From Actinomycetota bacterium (lineage in GTDB: Bacteria > Actinomycetota > Acidimicrobiia > Acidimicrobiales > Ilumatobacteraceae): a stretch of DNA of 53,409 nt. Shown piece by piece: positions 46,421 through 53,409 of the stretch. The position numbers and the translations under genes were made by a program. Below the pieces are notes generated by a model that worked only from the letters and a program-made list of their open reading frames with translations, was not told the DNA's origin and ran no database searches. The stretch's first letter is position 1. Each line of letters opens with the position of its first letter. The stretch lies in NCBI GenBank assembly GCA_017853375.1, contig JAFMJP010000001.1, forward strand, positions 1 through 53,409, written 5' to 3'.

Positions 46421-48289
46421 ATGTTGAAACCGAAACTGACCGAGATTCCCGTCGGACCGGGTTCGTACCAGTTCAAGGATGAACATGGTCGAATCATCTA
46501 CGTAGGTAAGGCGGCCAATCTGCGCTCACGAATTGCGAGCTATTTCGTGGATCCCGCGTTGTTGCACACCCGCACCTCGACGATGGTTGCAGCCGCACAT
46601 GACGTGACGTGGATCGAAGTGGACAATGAGGTTGCCGCGTTGCTGCTGGAATACAACTTGATCAAGCAGCACCGACCGCGATTCAACGTTCGACTTCGCG
46701 ATGACAAGAGCTACCCGTTCCTAGCCGTCACATTGGACGATGAGTGGCCGCGGGCCGTGGTCATGCGGGGACGCAAACGCAAGGGAACCAAATACTTCGG
46801 TCCGTTCGCCCATGCGTGGGCGATTCGCGACACCCTTGACGCACTCCTGCGTACGTTCCCGGTTCGTACGTGCTCACCGGCAAAATTCCGTCAGCATGAA
46901 CGTCTCGGTCGCCCGTGTTTGTTGTTCCACATCGAGAAGTGTTCGGGCCCATGTGTCAAAGAGGTCGCCGCGGATACCTATGCAGGACACGTGCAGGGCT
47001 TGGTTCGATTCCTTGGCGGCGACACCGACGGAATTCGAGAAGATCTGGAACGGCTGATGACGGATGCTGCGAGGCACGAACGTTTCGAGGATGCCGCCCG
47101 TCTGCGTGACCGAATCGGCGCGATCGATCGTGCGCTGGAGCACCAGGTGATGGTGGGTGAACGGGGCGACGACTTCGACGTGGTTGCATTGTGCGATTCG
47201 GACCTCGAAGCGAGCGTGCACGTGTTCTACGCACGGAAAGGTCGTGTGCTCGGCAACAACGGTTACGTCATCGACAAGTCGGAGCCTCTCGACTCCGGCG
47301 AACTCATGCGACGTGTCTTGGTGGATCTGTATGCGGATGAGCCGGCTCTTGGCTGGCCGAAGGAAGTCATGGTAAGTGTCGAGCCCGACGAACTCGCGGT
47401 GTGCGAGGCGCTGCTCAGTGAGCACCGAGGTTCGCGTGTGGAGATTCGGGTTCCGCAACGCGGAGATCGACGGGACCTCCTCGCGACGGTGACCAAGAAT
47501 GCGAACGATGCACTCATCAGGCACAAGATGCGTCGGGCGAGTGATCACAACTCACGCAGCCGTGCCCTCTCGGAATTGCAGGATGTATTGGGTCTCAGCC
47601 AGGCACCATTGCGCATCGAGTGTTTCGACATGGCGCATCTCCATGGGACCGATTACGTGGGTTCCATGGTGGTGTTGGAGGACGGTTTGCCGCTCAAGCG
47701 CGAGTATCGAAAATTCAACGTGGTTTCCGTTGCGGGCAACGATGACTACGCGGCAATGCGCGAAGTGTTGACCAGGCGCCTGTCTGCCTACGTTGCCGAG
47801 CGCGACGTACCCGTAGGCGAACGAAGTGCCAAGCCGAGCAAATTCGCGTATCCGCCCCAGTTGCTGTTGGTGGACGGAGGAAAAGGGCAACTCGGCGTTG
47901 CCGTGGATGTGGTGCGCGAGCTTGGATTGGAAGATGAGATCAACGTGGCTTCGATAGCAAAGCGGTTCGAAGAGGTCTATGTGCCGGGTTCGAGTGAGCC
48001 GCTACGGATTCCGCGCGGAAGTGATGCCTTGTACATGCTGCAGCTGATTCGGGACGAAGCGCACCGTTTTGCGAATACCTTCCATCGGGAGCGTCGTTCC
48101 AAGCGGATGAAGTCGAGCGAATTGGATGGCATCAAGGGTCTGGGACCCGCCCGCCGGGAAAGGCTGCTGAAGGAACTCGGCGGAATGTCCGGAGTACGTA
48201 GCGCTTCGATCGATCGCCTTCAATCCGTGAGTTGGTTGCCTGACGAGGTTGCGGCTGCCGTTCACCAGCGGTTTCACCCCCATCGGTAG
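46421..48289 (+). CDS. uvrC: Excinuclease ABC subunit C
   Basis: GIY-YIG (GSYQFKDEHGRIIYVGKAANLRSR), UVR domain (ERFEDAARLRDRI), endonuclease domain and C-terminal HhH (IKGLGPARRERLL). Confidence 0.95.
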   Translation: MLKPKLTEIPVGPGSYQFKDEHGRIIYVGKAANLRSRIASYFVDPALLHTRTSTMVAAAHDVTWIEVDNEVAALLLEYNLIKQHRPRFNVRLRDDKSYPFLAVTLDDEWPRAVVMRGRKRKGTKYFGPFAHAWAIRDTLDALLRTFPVRTCSPAKFRQHERLGRPCLLFHIEKCSGPCVKEVAADTYAGHVQGLVRFLGGDTDGIREDLERLMTDAARHERFEDAARLRDRIGAIDRALEHQVMVGERGDDFDVVALCDSDLEASVHVFYARKGRVLGNNGYVIDKSEPLDSGELMRRVLVDLYADEPALGWPKEVMVSVEPDELAVCEALLSEHRGSRVEIRVPQRGDRRDLLATVTKNANDALIRHKMRRASDHNSRSRALSELQDVLGLSQAPLRIECFDMAHLHGTDYVGSMVVLEDGLPLKREYRKFNVVSVAGNDDYAAMREVLTRRLSAYVAERDVPVGERSAKPSKFAYPPQLLLVDGGKGQLGVAVDVVRELGLEDEINVASIAKRFEEVYVPGSSEPLRIPRGSDALYMLQLIRDEAHRFANTFHRERRSKRMKSSELDGIKGLGPARRERLLKELGGMSGVRSASIDRLQSVSWLPDEVAAAVHQRFHPHR

Positions 48290-48299
48290 CCTTCGCATC

Positions 48300-49157
48300 G
48301 TGGCGGAGATTCTGCTCATCACGGGATTGTCGGGAGCAGGTCGTTCGCAGGCTGCCGACACCCTGGAAGACCTTGGTTGGTTCGTCGTCGACAACATGCC
48401 GGTGGAGTTGGTCGACAAGTTCGTCGAACTTGCGGGTGTTTCTACCGACACACCGTCCCGATTGGCATTGGTGATCGGGGTCGCGTCCCAGCAAATTGAT
48501 GCCGTCAAGTTGGTGCCGCGTTTGAAGAGTGCAGGTCACGAGGTTCGAATTCTCTTTCTGGAAGCATCGACGCAGTCGTTGGTGAAGCGCTACACGGAGT
48601 CGCGTCGGAAGCATCCGCTTCGCTCGGAGACAGGTACGGTCTCCGAAGCCATCGAACACGAGCGTGACGTCTTGGAGACCGTGCGTGAAGTGGCCGACAA
48701 GGTGATCGACACCACGTCTCTGCAGTTGGCGCAATTCAAAACACAGATGACGGACCTCTTCGCGTTCGAGGATCTGCCCGACACGCTCCAGGTGTCCGTG
48801 ATGTCGTTTGGATTCAAGCATGGTTTGCCACTGGACGTGGACTCGGTGTTCGACGTGCGTTTCATACCCAATCCGCACTACGACGAAGCACTCCGACCTC
48901 TCAGCGGTCTCGATGAAGCCGTACGTCGATTCGTCCTCGATCAACCCGCCACGCGGGATTTCCTCGATCGTGTGGAGTCGCTGTTCGAATCCCTCATTCC
49001 GGCCTACAGAAACGAGGGAAAGAGTTACCTCACCATCGCCGTTGGATGTACCGGTGGTCGACATCGTTCGGTGGCCATCGCCGAGGCCCTGAGCCTTCGG
49101 TTGGCAAATCGCGGTGTCCAAGCCCGAGTGGCGCACCGCGACATCGAAAAAAACTAG
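48300..49157 (+). CDS. rapZ: RNase adapter / nucleotide-binding protein RapZ (YvcJ family)
   Basis: [29 protein letters not shown]-loop and [14 protein letters not shown] near the C-terminus. GTG 48300 is 10 nt after the uvrC stop; the track start 48249 overlaps uvrC. Confidence 0.9.
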   Translation: MAEILLITGLSGAGRSQAADTLEDLGWFVVDNMPVELVDKFVELAGVSTDTPSRLALVIGVASQQIDAVKLVPRLKSAGHEVRILFLEASTQSLVKRYTESRRKHPLRSETGTVSEAIEHERDVLETVREVADKVIDTTSLQLAQFKTQMTDLFAFEDLPDTLQVSVMSFGFKHGLPLDVDSVFDVRFIPNPHYDEALRPLSGLDEAVRRFVLDQPATRDFLDRVESLFESLIPAYRNEGKSYLTIAVGCTGGRHRSVAIAEALSLRLANRGVQARVAHRDIEKN

Positions 49158-49167
49158 GCTCTCCCGC

Positions 49168-50178
49168 ATGACTGTACGAGTGGGCATCAACGGTTTCGGC
49201 CGTATCGGGAGAAGTTTCTGGCGCGCGGTAGCGAAGGCCGGTGCCGACATCGAGGTTGTTGCAGTGAATGACCTGGGTGACAAGAAGACCATGGCCCATC
49301 TGCTCAAGTACGACTCGGTCATGGGAGTGCTCCCGGATGCGGTGACGTCCACCGATGACGGTCTCGTCATCAACGGCAAGCCACTGAAGGTGTTGTCGGA
49401 GCGTGATCCCAAGAACTTGCCCTGGAAATCCCTCGGCGTCGACGTGGTGGTGGAGTCCACGGGGTTCTTCACCGATCGCGACAAAGCTTCGGCTCACCTG
49501 GAGGCAGGAGCCAAGGTGGTCGTCATTTCTGCTCCGGCCACCGGTGCCGATGCGACGTTCGTGTACGGCGTGAATCATCACGACTTCGACGTCGCCAAGC
49601 ATCACGTGGTGTCGAATGCAAGTTGTACGACGAACTGTTTCGTCCCATTGGTCAAGGTGTTGGATGATGCCTTCGGCGTAGAGACCGGAATGATGACCAC
49701 CGTGCATGCTTACACGGGGGATCAGATGTTGGTGGATGGTCCCCACAAGGATTTGCGTCGTGCACGTGGGGCTGCGATCAACATCACGCCAACGTCAACG
49801 GGTGCTGCTCGCGCCACCAGTTTGGTGATGGCCGCGATGAAGGGCAAGCTCGACGGAACCTCGCTCAGAGTGCCGGTTCCAACCGGTTCCATCACGGATT
49901 TCGTGGCAAATCTGAAGAGGCCGGCCACGACGGATGAAATCAACGCGGCGTTCCAGTCGGCGGCCAACGGACCACTCAAAGGTGTATTGGAATACTGCAC
50001 GGCACCGATCGTGTCGAGCGACATCGTCGGCAATCCGCATAGTTGTGTGTTCGACGCCGAATTGACCATGAGTATGGGCAGCATGGTGAAAGTGTTCGGG
50101 TGGTACGACAACGAGTGGGGTTACTCCAACCGGTTGGTCGATCTCACACGTCATATCGGTTCGATCGTCGCAAAGTAA
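49168..50178 (+). CDS. gap: Glyceraldehyde-3-phosphate dehydrogenase
   Basis: [24 protein letters not shown] (catalytic Cys), WYDNEWGYS. Internal ATG (residue 19 of ORF 49114..50178). Confidence 0.95.
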   Translation: MTVRVGINGFGRIGRSFWRAVAKAGADIEVVAVNDLGDKKTMAHLLKYDSVMGVLPDAVTSTDDGLVINGKPLKVLSERDPKNLPWKSLGVDVVVESTGFFTDRDKASAHLEAGAKVVVISAPATGADATFVYGVNHHDFDVAKHHVVSNASCTTNCFVPLVKVLDDAFGVETGMMTTVHAYTGDQMLVDGPHKDLRRARGAAINITPTSTGAARATSLVMAAMKGKLDGTSLRVPVPTGSITDFVANLKRPATTDEINAAFQSAANGPLKGVLEYCTAPIVSSDIVGNPHSCVFDAELTMSMGSMVKVFGWYDNEWGYSNRLVDLTRHIGSIVAK

Positions 50179-50195
50179 CGACCGAGAATTCGTCC

Positions 50196-51308
50196 GTGAA
50201 ACTTCCTCTTCTGGAAGACCTCGGTGACGTACGGGGTCGCAACGTTCTGCTTCGTGCCGACTTCAATGTGCCGATGAGCGGCGCGGATGATGCCCGCGTC
50301 ATCTCCGATGATTTTCGCATTCGTGCTGCGCTGCCGACGATCAACTGGTTGACGGAGCGTGGAGCAAAGGTCGTTTGTGTGAGTCATCTCGGACGTCCCA
50401 AGGGACGTCCGACGACCAAGTATTCGATGGGTCCCGTCCGGGATCGTTTGGCCGAACTGGCGCCAGGTGTAGAGCTTCGTGAGAACCTGCGTTTCTCGCC
50501 GGGTGAGGAAGGCAACGATCCGGCATTCGTCACGGAACTCATCCGGGGTATGGATCTGTACGTCAACGATGCCTTCGGCGCTGCTCACCGAGCGCACGCA
50601 TCCGTCGTGGGACCACCCCAATTCTTGCCTTCTGCAGCAGGGCGTTTGATCGAGCGTGAGGTGGCGGTGCTCGACCGGATGCGAACGTCGCCGAAACGAC
50701 CGTTCGTGGCGGTCCTCGGCGGCGCAAAGGTCAGCGACAAACTCGGTGTGATCGAGGCGTTGGTCGGTGTGGTTGACCGTCTCTTGATCGGTGGGGGGAT
50801 GTGTTTTACGTTCTTGGCGGCCAAAGGCCACTCCATCGGAGATTCGCTGTGCGAGCGCGACCAAGTGGACCACTGCAAGCGACTGTTGCAGCAACATCCG
50901 TCGATCATGCTGCCCGAAGACATCATCGGTCTCGATGCCGATGGGGTCTACGCAACGTTCGGTACGCATTTGCCCGCGGGGGCAAAAGGATTGGACATCG
51001 GTCCCGGGAGTGCGGCTGCATTCGGTGATGCGATCATGGATGCACGTTCCGTGTTTTGGAATGGCCCGATGGGCGTGTTCGAGGATGCTCGATTCGCAAA
51101 AGGTACTCGGACCGTAGCCCAGGCGATGGCCGACACCAAGGCTTTCACCGTGGTTGGTGGCGGAGACTCGGCTGCCGCACTGGCGCAGTTCGGTCTCGAG
51201 AACGACGTTGATCACGTATCGACCGGCGGTGGAGCATCGCTGGAGTTTCTCGAGTTCGGGGATCTCCCGGGTTTGGAAGCACTACGAAAGGCACCTCATG
51301 TCAGTTGA
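50196..51308 (+). CDS. pgk: Phosphoglycerate kinase
   Basis: GTG start (residue 52 of ORF 50043..51308). LLRADFNVP, SHLGRPKG, WNGPMGVFE, STGGGASLEFLE. Confidence 0.95.
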   Translation: MKLPLLEDLGDVRGRNVLLRADFNVPMSGADDARVISDDFRIRAALPTINWLTERGAKVVCVSHLGRPKGRPTTKYSMGPVRDRLAELAPGVELRENLRFSPGEEGNDPAFVTELIRGMDLYVNDAFGAAHRAHASVVGPPQFLPSAAGRLIEREVAVLDRMRTSPKRPFVAVLGGAKVSDKLGVIEALVGVVDRLLIGGGMCFTFLAAKGHSIGDSLCERDQVDHCKRLLQQHPSIMLPEDIIGLDADGVYATFGTHLPAGAKGLDIGPGSAAAFGDAIMDARSVFWNGPMGVFEDARFAKGTRTVAQAMADTKAFTVVGGGDSAAALAQFGLENDVDHVSTGGGASLEFLEFGDLPGLEALRKAPHVS

Positions 51309-52083
51309 TCGTCAGCCCATCGTCAGCGGCAATTGGAAAATGAACAACAACCACTACGAAGCGATTCAGTGTGTTCAGAAGTTGGCGTATCTCCTCCAGA
51401 AGGAGGATTTTGACGCAGTGGAAGTCACGATCCATCCGCCATTCACCGATCTGCGGAGCATGCAGACGTTGATCGACGCAGATCAACTCCGTATGAAGTT
51501 GGGGGCACAGAACTGTCATTCAGAGGACAAAGGCGCATTCACCGGCGAAGTGTCGCCGGTATTCCTCAACAAGCTCGGTGTGCAGTACGTCATCGTCGGC
51601 CACAGCGAACGCCGCGAGCTGTTCGGAGAATCCGATGAATTCGTGTCCGCGAAAGTTGCAGCGGTCCTGAAACACGGAATGACGCCGATTCTGTGCGTGG
51701 GGGAGACGTTGGCCGAGCGGGATTCCGGAATGACGCTCGACAAAGTAAGGCGACAGGTTCGCACTGCGTTGGAAAAGCGCAGCAACGAGCAGGTGAAGTC
51801 GATGGTGATTGCGTACGAACCAATCTGGGCAATCGGCACGGGCAGGACTGCCTCGCCTGCCGATGCTCAACACGTCATCGCTGCCATCCGCGAAGAAGTG
51901 GCTTCGGTGGCGTCGGGTCCTGCTGCGCAAGCCGTACGACTTCAATATGGAGGCAGTGTCAAGGCGGGAACTATCGCCGAACTCATGCGGCAGCCCGATA
52001 TCGACGGAGTGCTCGTCGGTGGCGCCAGCTTGGATCCGACCGAGTTCGCACGAATCGTGCAGTACCGACGCCACGCCTTCTAG
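51298..52083 (+). CDS. tpiA: Triosephosphate isomerase
   Basis: Internal ATG (residue 49 of ORF 51154..52083). SGNWKMN, VGHSERR, AYEPIWAIGTG, YGGSV. Overlaps the pgk end by 11 nt. Confidence 0.95.
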   Translation: MSVDRQPIVSGNWKMNNNHYEAIQCVQKLAYLLQKEDFDAVEVTIHPPFTDLRSMQTLIDADQLRMKLGAQNCHSEDKGAFTGEVSPVFLNKLGVQYVIVGHSERRELFGESDEFVSAKVAAVLKHGMTPILCVGETLAERDSGMTLDKVRRQVRTALEKRSNEQVKSMVIAYEPIWAIGTGRTASPADAQHVIAAIREEVASVASGPAAQAVRLQYGGSVKAGTIAELMRQPDIDGVLVGGASLDPTEFARIVQYRRHAF

Positions 52084-52097
52084 CAGGGTTTTCCCTG
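52084..52097 (+). terminator. Weak terminator-like hairpin immediately after the tpiA stop
   Basis: CAGGG-tttt-CCCTG (5-bp stem) directly following TAG. It is the only stem-loop at the end of the 16-kb co-directional run. The stem is weak and has no 3' U-tract. Confidence 0.25.
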
Positions 52098-52196
52098 GAC
52101 GCATTCCGAGCGAACTTGCTCACAAGGGTGGGGTAGGGTGGAAGAGTCAATCACTGGGGGTGACGCCCCACCTCATTCGACGGGGAGGTCGAATAC

Positions 52197-53409
52197 ATGA
52201 AGAAACACAACAAGGCGATTCGTTTCGCCGCGTCGCTGTTTGCGGTCTCATTGATCGTGTCAGCGTGCGGTGGCGATGATGCCGCAACGGAGGACACCGC
52301 AGCAACGGAGGAGCCAGCCGCAGAGCCGGTCTCCTACCCGACGCTGGCCGAGTGCGCCGACGTTTCCTATGACTACACCTTCACTGCACCAGCATCGGCT
52401 GGCATGACGGTGACCTACGACATTGCTCCAGAAGCCGTGTGGGAAGATGGCTCGGCCATCACCGCAGCCGACTTCAAGGCAACGTGGGAAGCAGCATTGA
52501 ACACACCAGGCTCCATCTCGACGGTGGGCTACGACCAGATTGAGTCGGTCGAGGCTGGTTCCAGCGACAAGCAAGTCGTCGTGAACTTCAAGTCGGTGTA
52601 CGGACCGTACAAGGGTCTGTTCGGTGGTTTGATCAAGGCTGCGTCGGTCGACAATACGTCCGACATCTCGGCAGACTTCGCTGATTTCCTCTCCTTCTCG
52701 GGTCGCCCGTGGAAGATGAAGTCGTGGAGCCCAAGCCAGGTCGTCTATGTACCAAACGACAAGTACTGGGGTGACGACAAAGCCGTCGCCAAAGAACTGG
52801 TCATGGTGCCATTGGCAGATGCCGATACCGAGGCAGCAGCCTTGAAGGCCGGCGAAGTCGACTTCGTGTACCCACAGTATTTCGGTGGTATCGAAGAGTC
52901 ATTCTCCGATCCGAACATCACGCTGAAGAAGGAACTCGGCGGTGACTACGAAGGTTTCTACTTCCAACAGAAGTGCGGACCGTTCGCGAACCCGATTTTC
53001 CGTGAAGCCTTCTCCAAGTCGATTGACCGCGACGCGCTCTTCCAGCAGATCTATGTCCCACTGGGCGGCGAATCGCCGTTGCAGTGTGGTCCGATCGTGC
53101 CTGGCCCGTACTGCAATGGCGACGAGTTCGCCAATTCGTACGACCCGGCAGCTGCAGAAGCCCTGCTGACCGAAAACGGTTGGACCAAGGGTGCCGACGG
53201 CTACTGGATCGACCCGGCAACGGGCGAAGCACCAGACGTGCGTTGGATCATCAACACGGGCAACACCCGTCGCGAGAACACCCAGGCATACCTGATTCCG
53301 TTGCTGAACGCAGCGGGTTTCAAGGTGCGCGCAGACAACTGCGATGCAGCCTGTTACTTCCAGCAGCGTCTCCCAGCCCTCGACTACGACATGGCGATGT
53401 ACATCTCGA
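52197..53409 (+). CDS. ABC transporter substrate-binding lipoprotein, family 5 (peptide/nickel type); 3' end runs off the right edge
   Basis: Absent from the ORF track because there is no stop in the window. ATG 52197 is preceded by GGGGAGG. MKKHNKAIRFAASLFAVSLIVSACGG has a lipobox. Then DppA/OppA-like blocks (ADFKATWEA..., VPNDKYWGD, AALKAGEVDFVYP, FREAFSKSIDRDAL, AEALLTENGW). The frame is open to 53409. Confidence 0.85.
   Translation, partial: MKKHNKAIRFAASLFAVSLIVSACGGDDAATEDTAATEEPAAEPVSYPTLAECADVSYDYTFTAPASAGMTVTYDIAPEAVWEDGSAITAADFKATWEAALNTPGSISTVGYDQIESVEAGSSDKQVVVNFKSVYGPYKGLFGGLIKAASVDNTSDISADFADFLSFSGRPWKMKSWSPSQVVYVPNDKYWGDDKAVAKELVMVPLADADTEAAALKAGEVDFVYPQYFGGIEESFSDPNITLKKELGGDYEGFYFQQKCGPFANPIFREAFSKSIDRDALFQQIYVPLGGESPLQCGPIVPGPYCNGDEFANSYDPAAAEALLTENGWTKGADGYWIDPATGEAPDVRWIINTGNTRRENTQAYLIPLLNAAGFKVRADNCDAACYFQQRLPALDYDMAMYIS

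Noticed and set aside
1-53409. CRISPR arrays, insertion sequences, prophage or toxin-antitoxin modules
   Set aside because: Reading both strands, I found no regularly spaced direct repeats, no transposase/integrase/recombinase-like ORFs, and no small paired ORFs of toxin-antitoxin type. Essentially every stretch longer than 113 nt is accounted for by a recognisable gene.

Overview
GC-rich, extremely gene-dense core-chromosome segment. By my calls only about 0.9 kb of 53.4 kb is intergenic and the largest gap is 113 nt. I call 51 protein genes (2 of them running off the window edges) and 1 tRNA. Gene order is Actinomycetota-like: phoH-ybeY-corC, era, mtrA/mtrB plus a GerMN lipoprotein, uppS/recO, pdtaR-polA-rpsA-coaE-uvrB-uvrA, and uvrC-rapZ-gap-pgk-tpiA. 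Several departures (a dedicated trpF, no yvcK/whiA, no secG after tpiA) suggest a deep-branching, streamlined lineage, but I cannot assign taxonomy from sequence alone. Content from left to right: a membrane GGDEF/EAL protein; an unknown gene coupled to phoH-ybeY-corC; a 12-kb block carrying an SDR, an MFS transporter and classical menaquinone genes (menE, menA, menH, menD, menF, menG plus an embedded DsbA-like gene); acyl-CoA dehydrogenase, an F420-type LLM oxidoreductase and a MaoC dehydratase; era; the two-component system; dinG; uppS; recO; glyQS; trpCFBA; bcp; fabZ; the fabD-fabH-fabG-acpP-fabF operon; tRNA-Leu(CAA); then a 16-kb co-directional run from pdtaR to tpiA; and a partial lipoprotein ABC solute-binding protein. 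I saw no transposase, integrase, prophage, CRISPR array or recognisable defence island, and neighbouring genes are very often translationally coupled (ATGA/GTGA/TGATG overlaps). The most interesting candidate is a divergent gene pair that looks like a split, heteromeric cis-prenyltransferase: a catalytic UppS that stops just before the C-terminal RXG tail, next to a catalytically degenerate UppS paralog that keeps that tail and is coupled to recO. Secondary candidates are a FabD fused to a lysine-less biotinyl/lipoyl-like domain, a divergently arranged mtrA versus mtrB with a miniature LpqB-like lipoprotein, two perfect palindromes in divergent promoter gaps, and an unknown protein coupled to phoH. 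All functional calls rest on motif recognition by eye and on synteny; no database search was possible.
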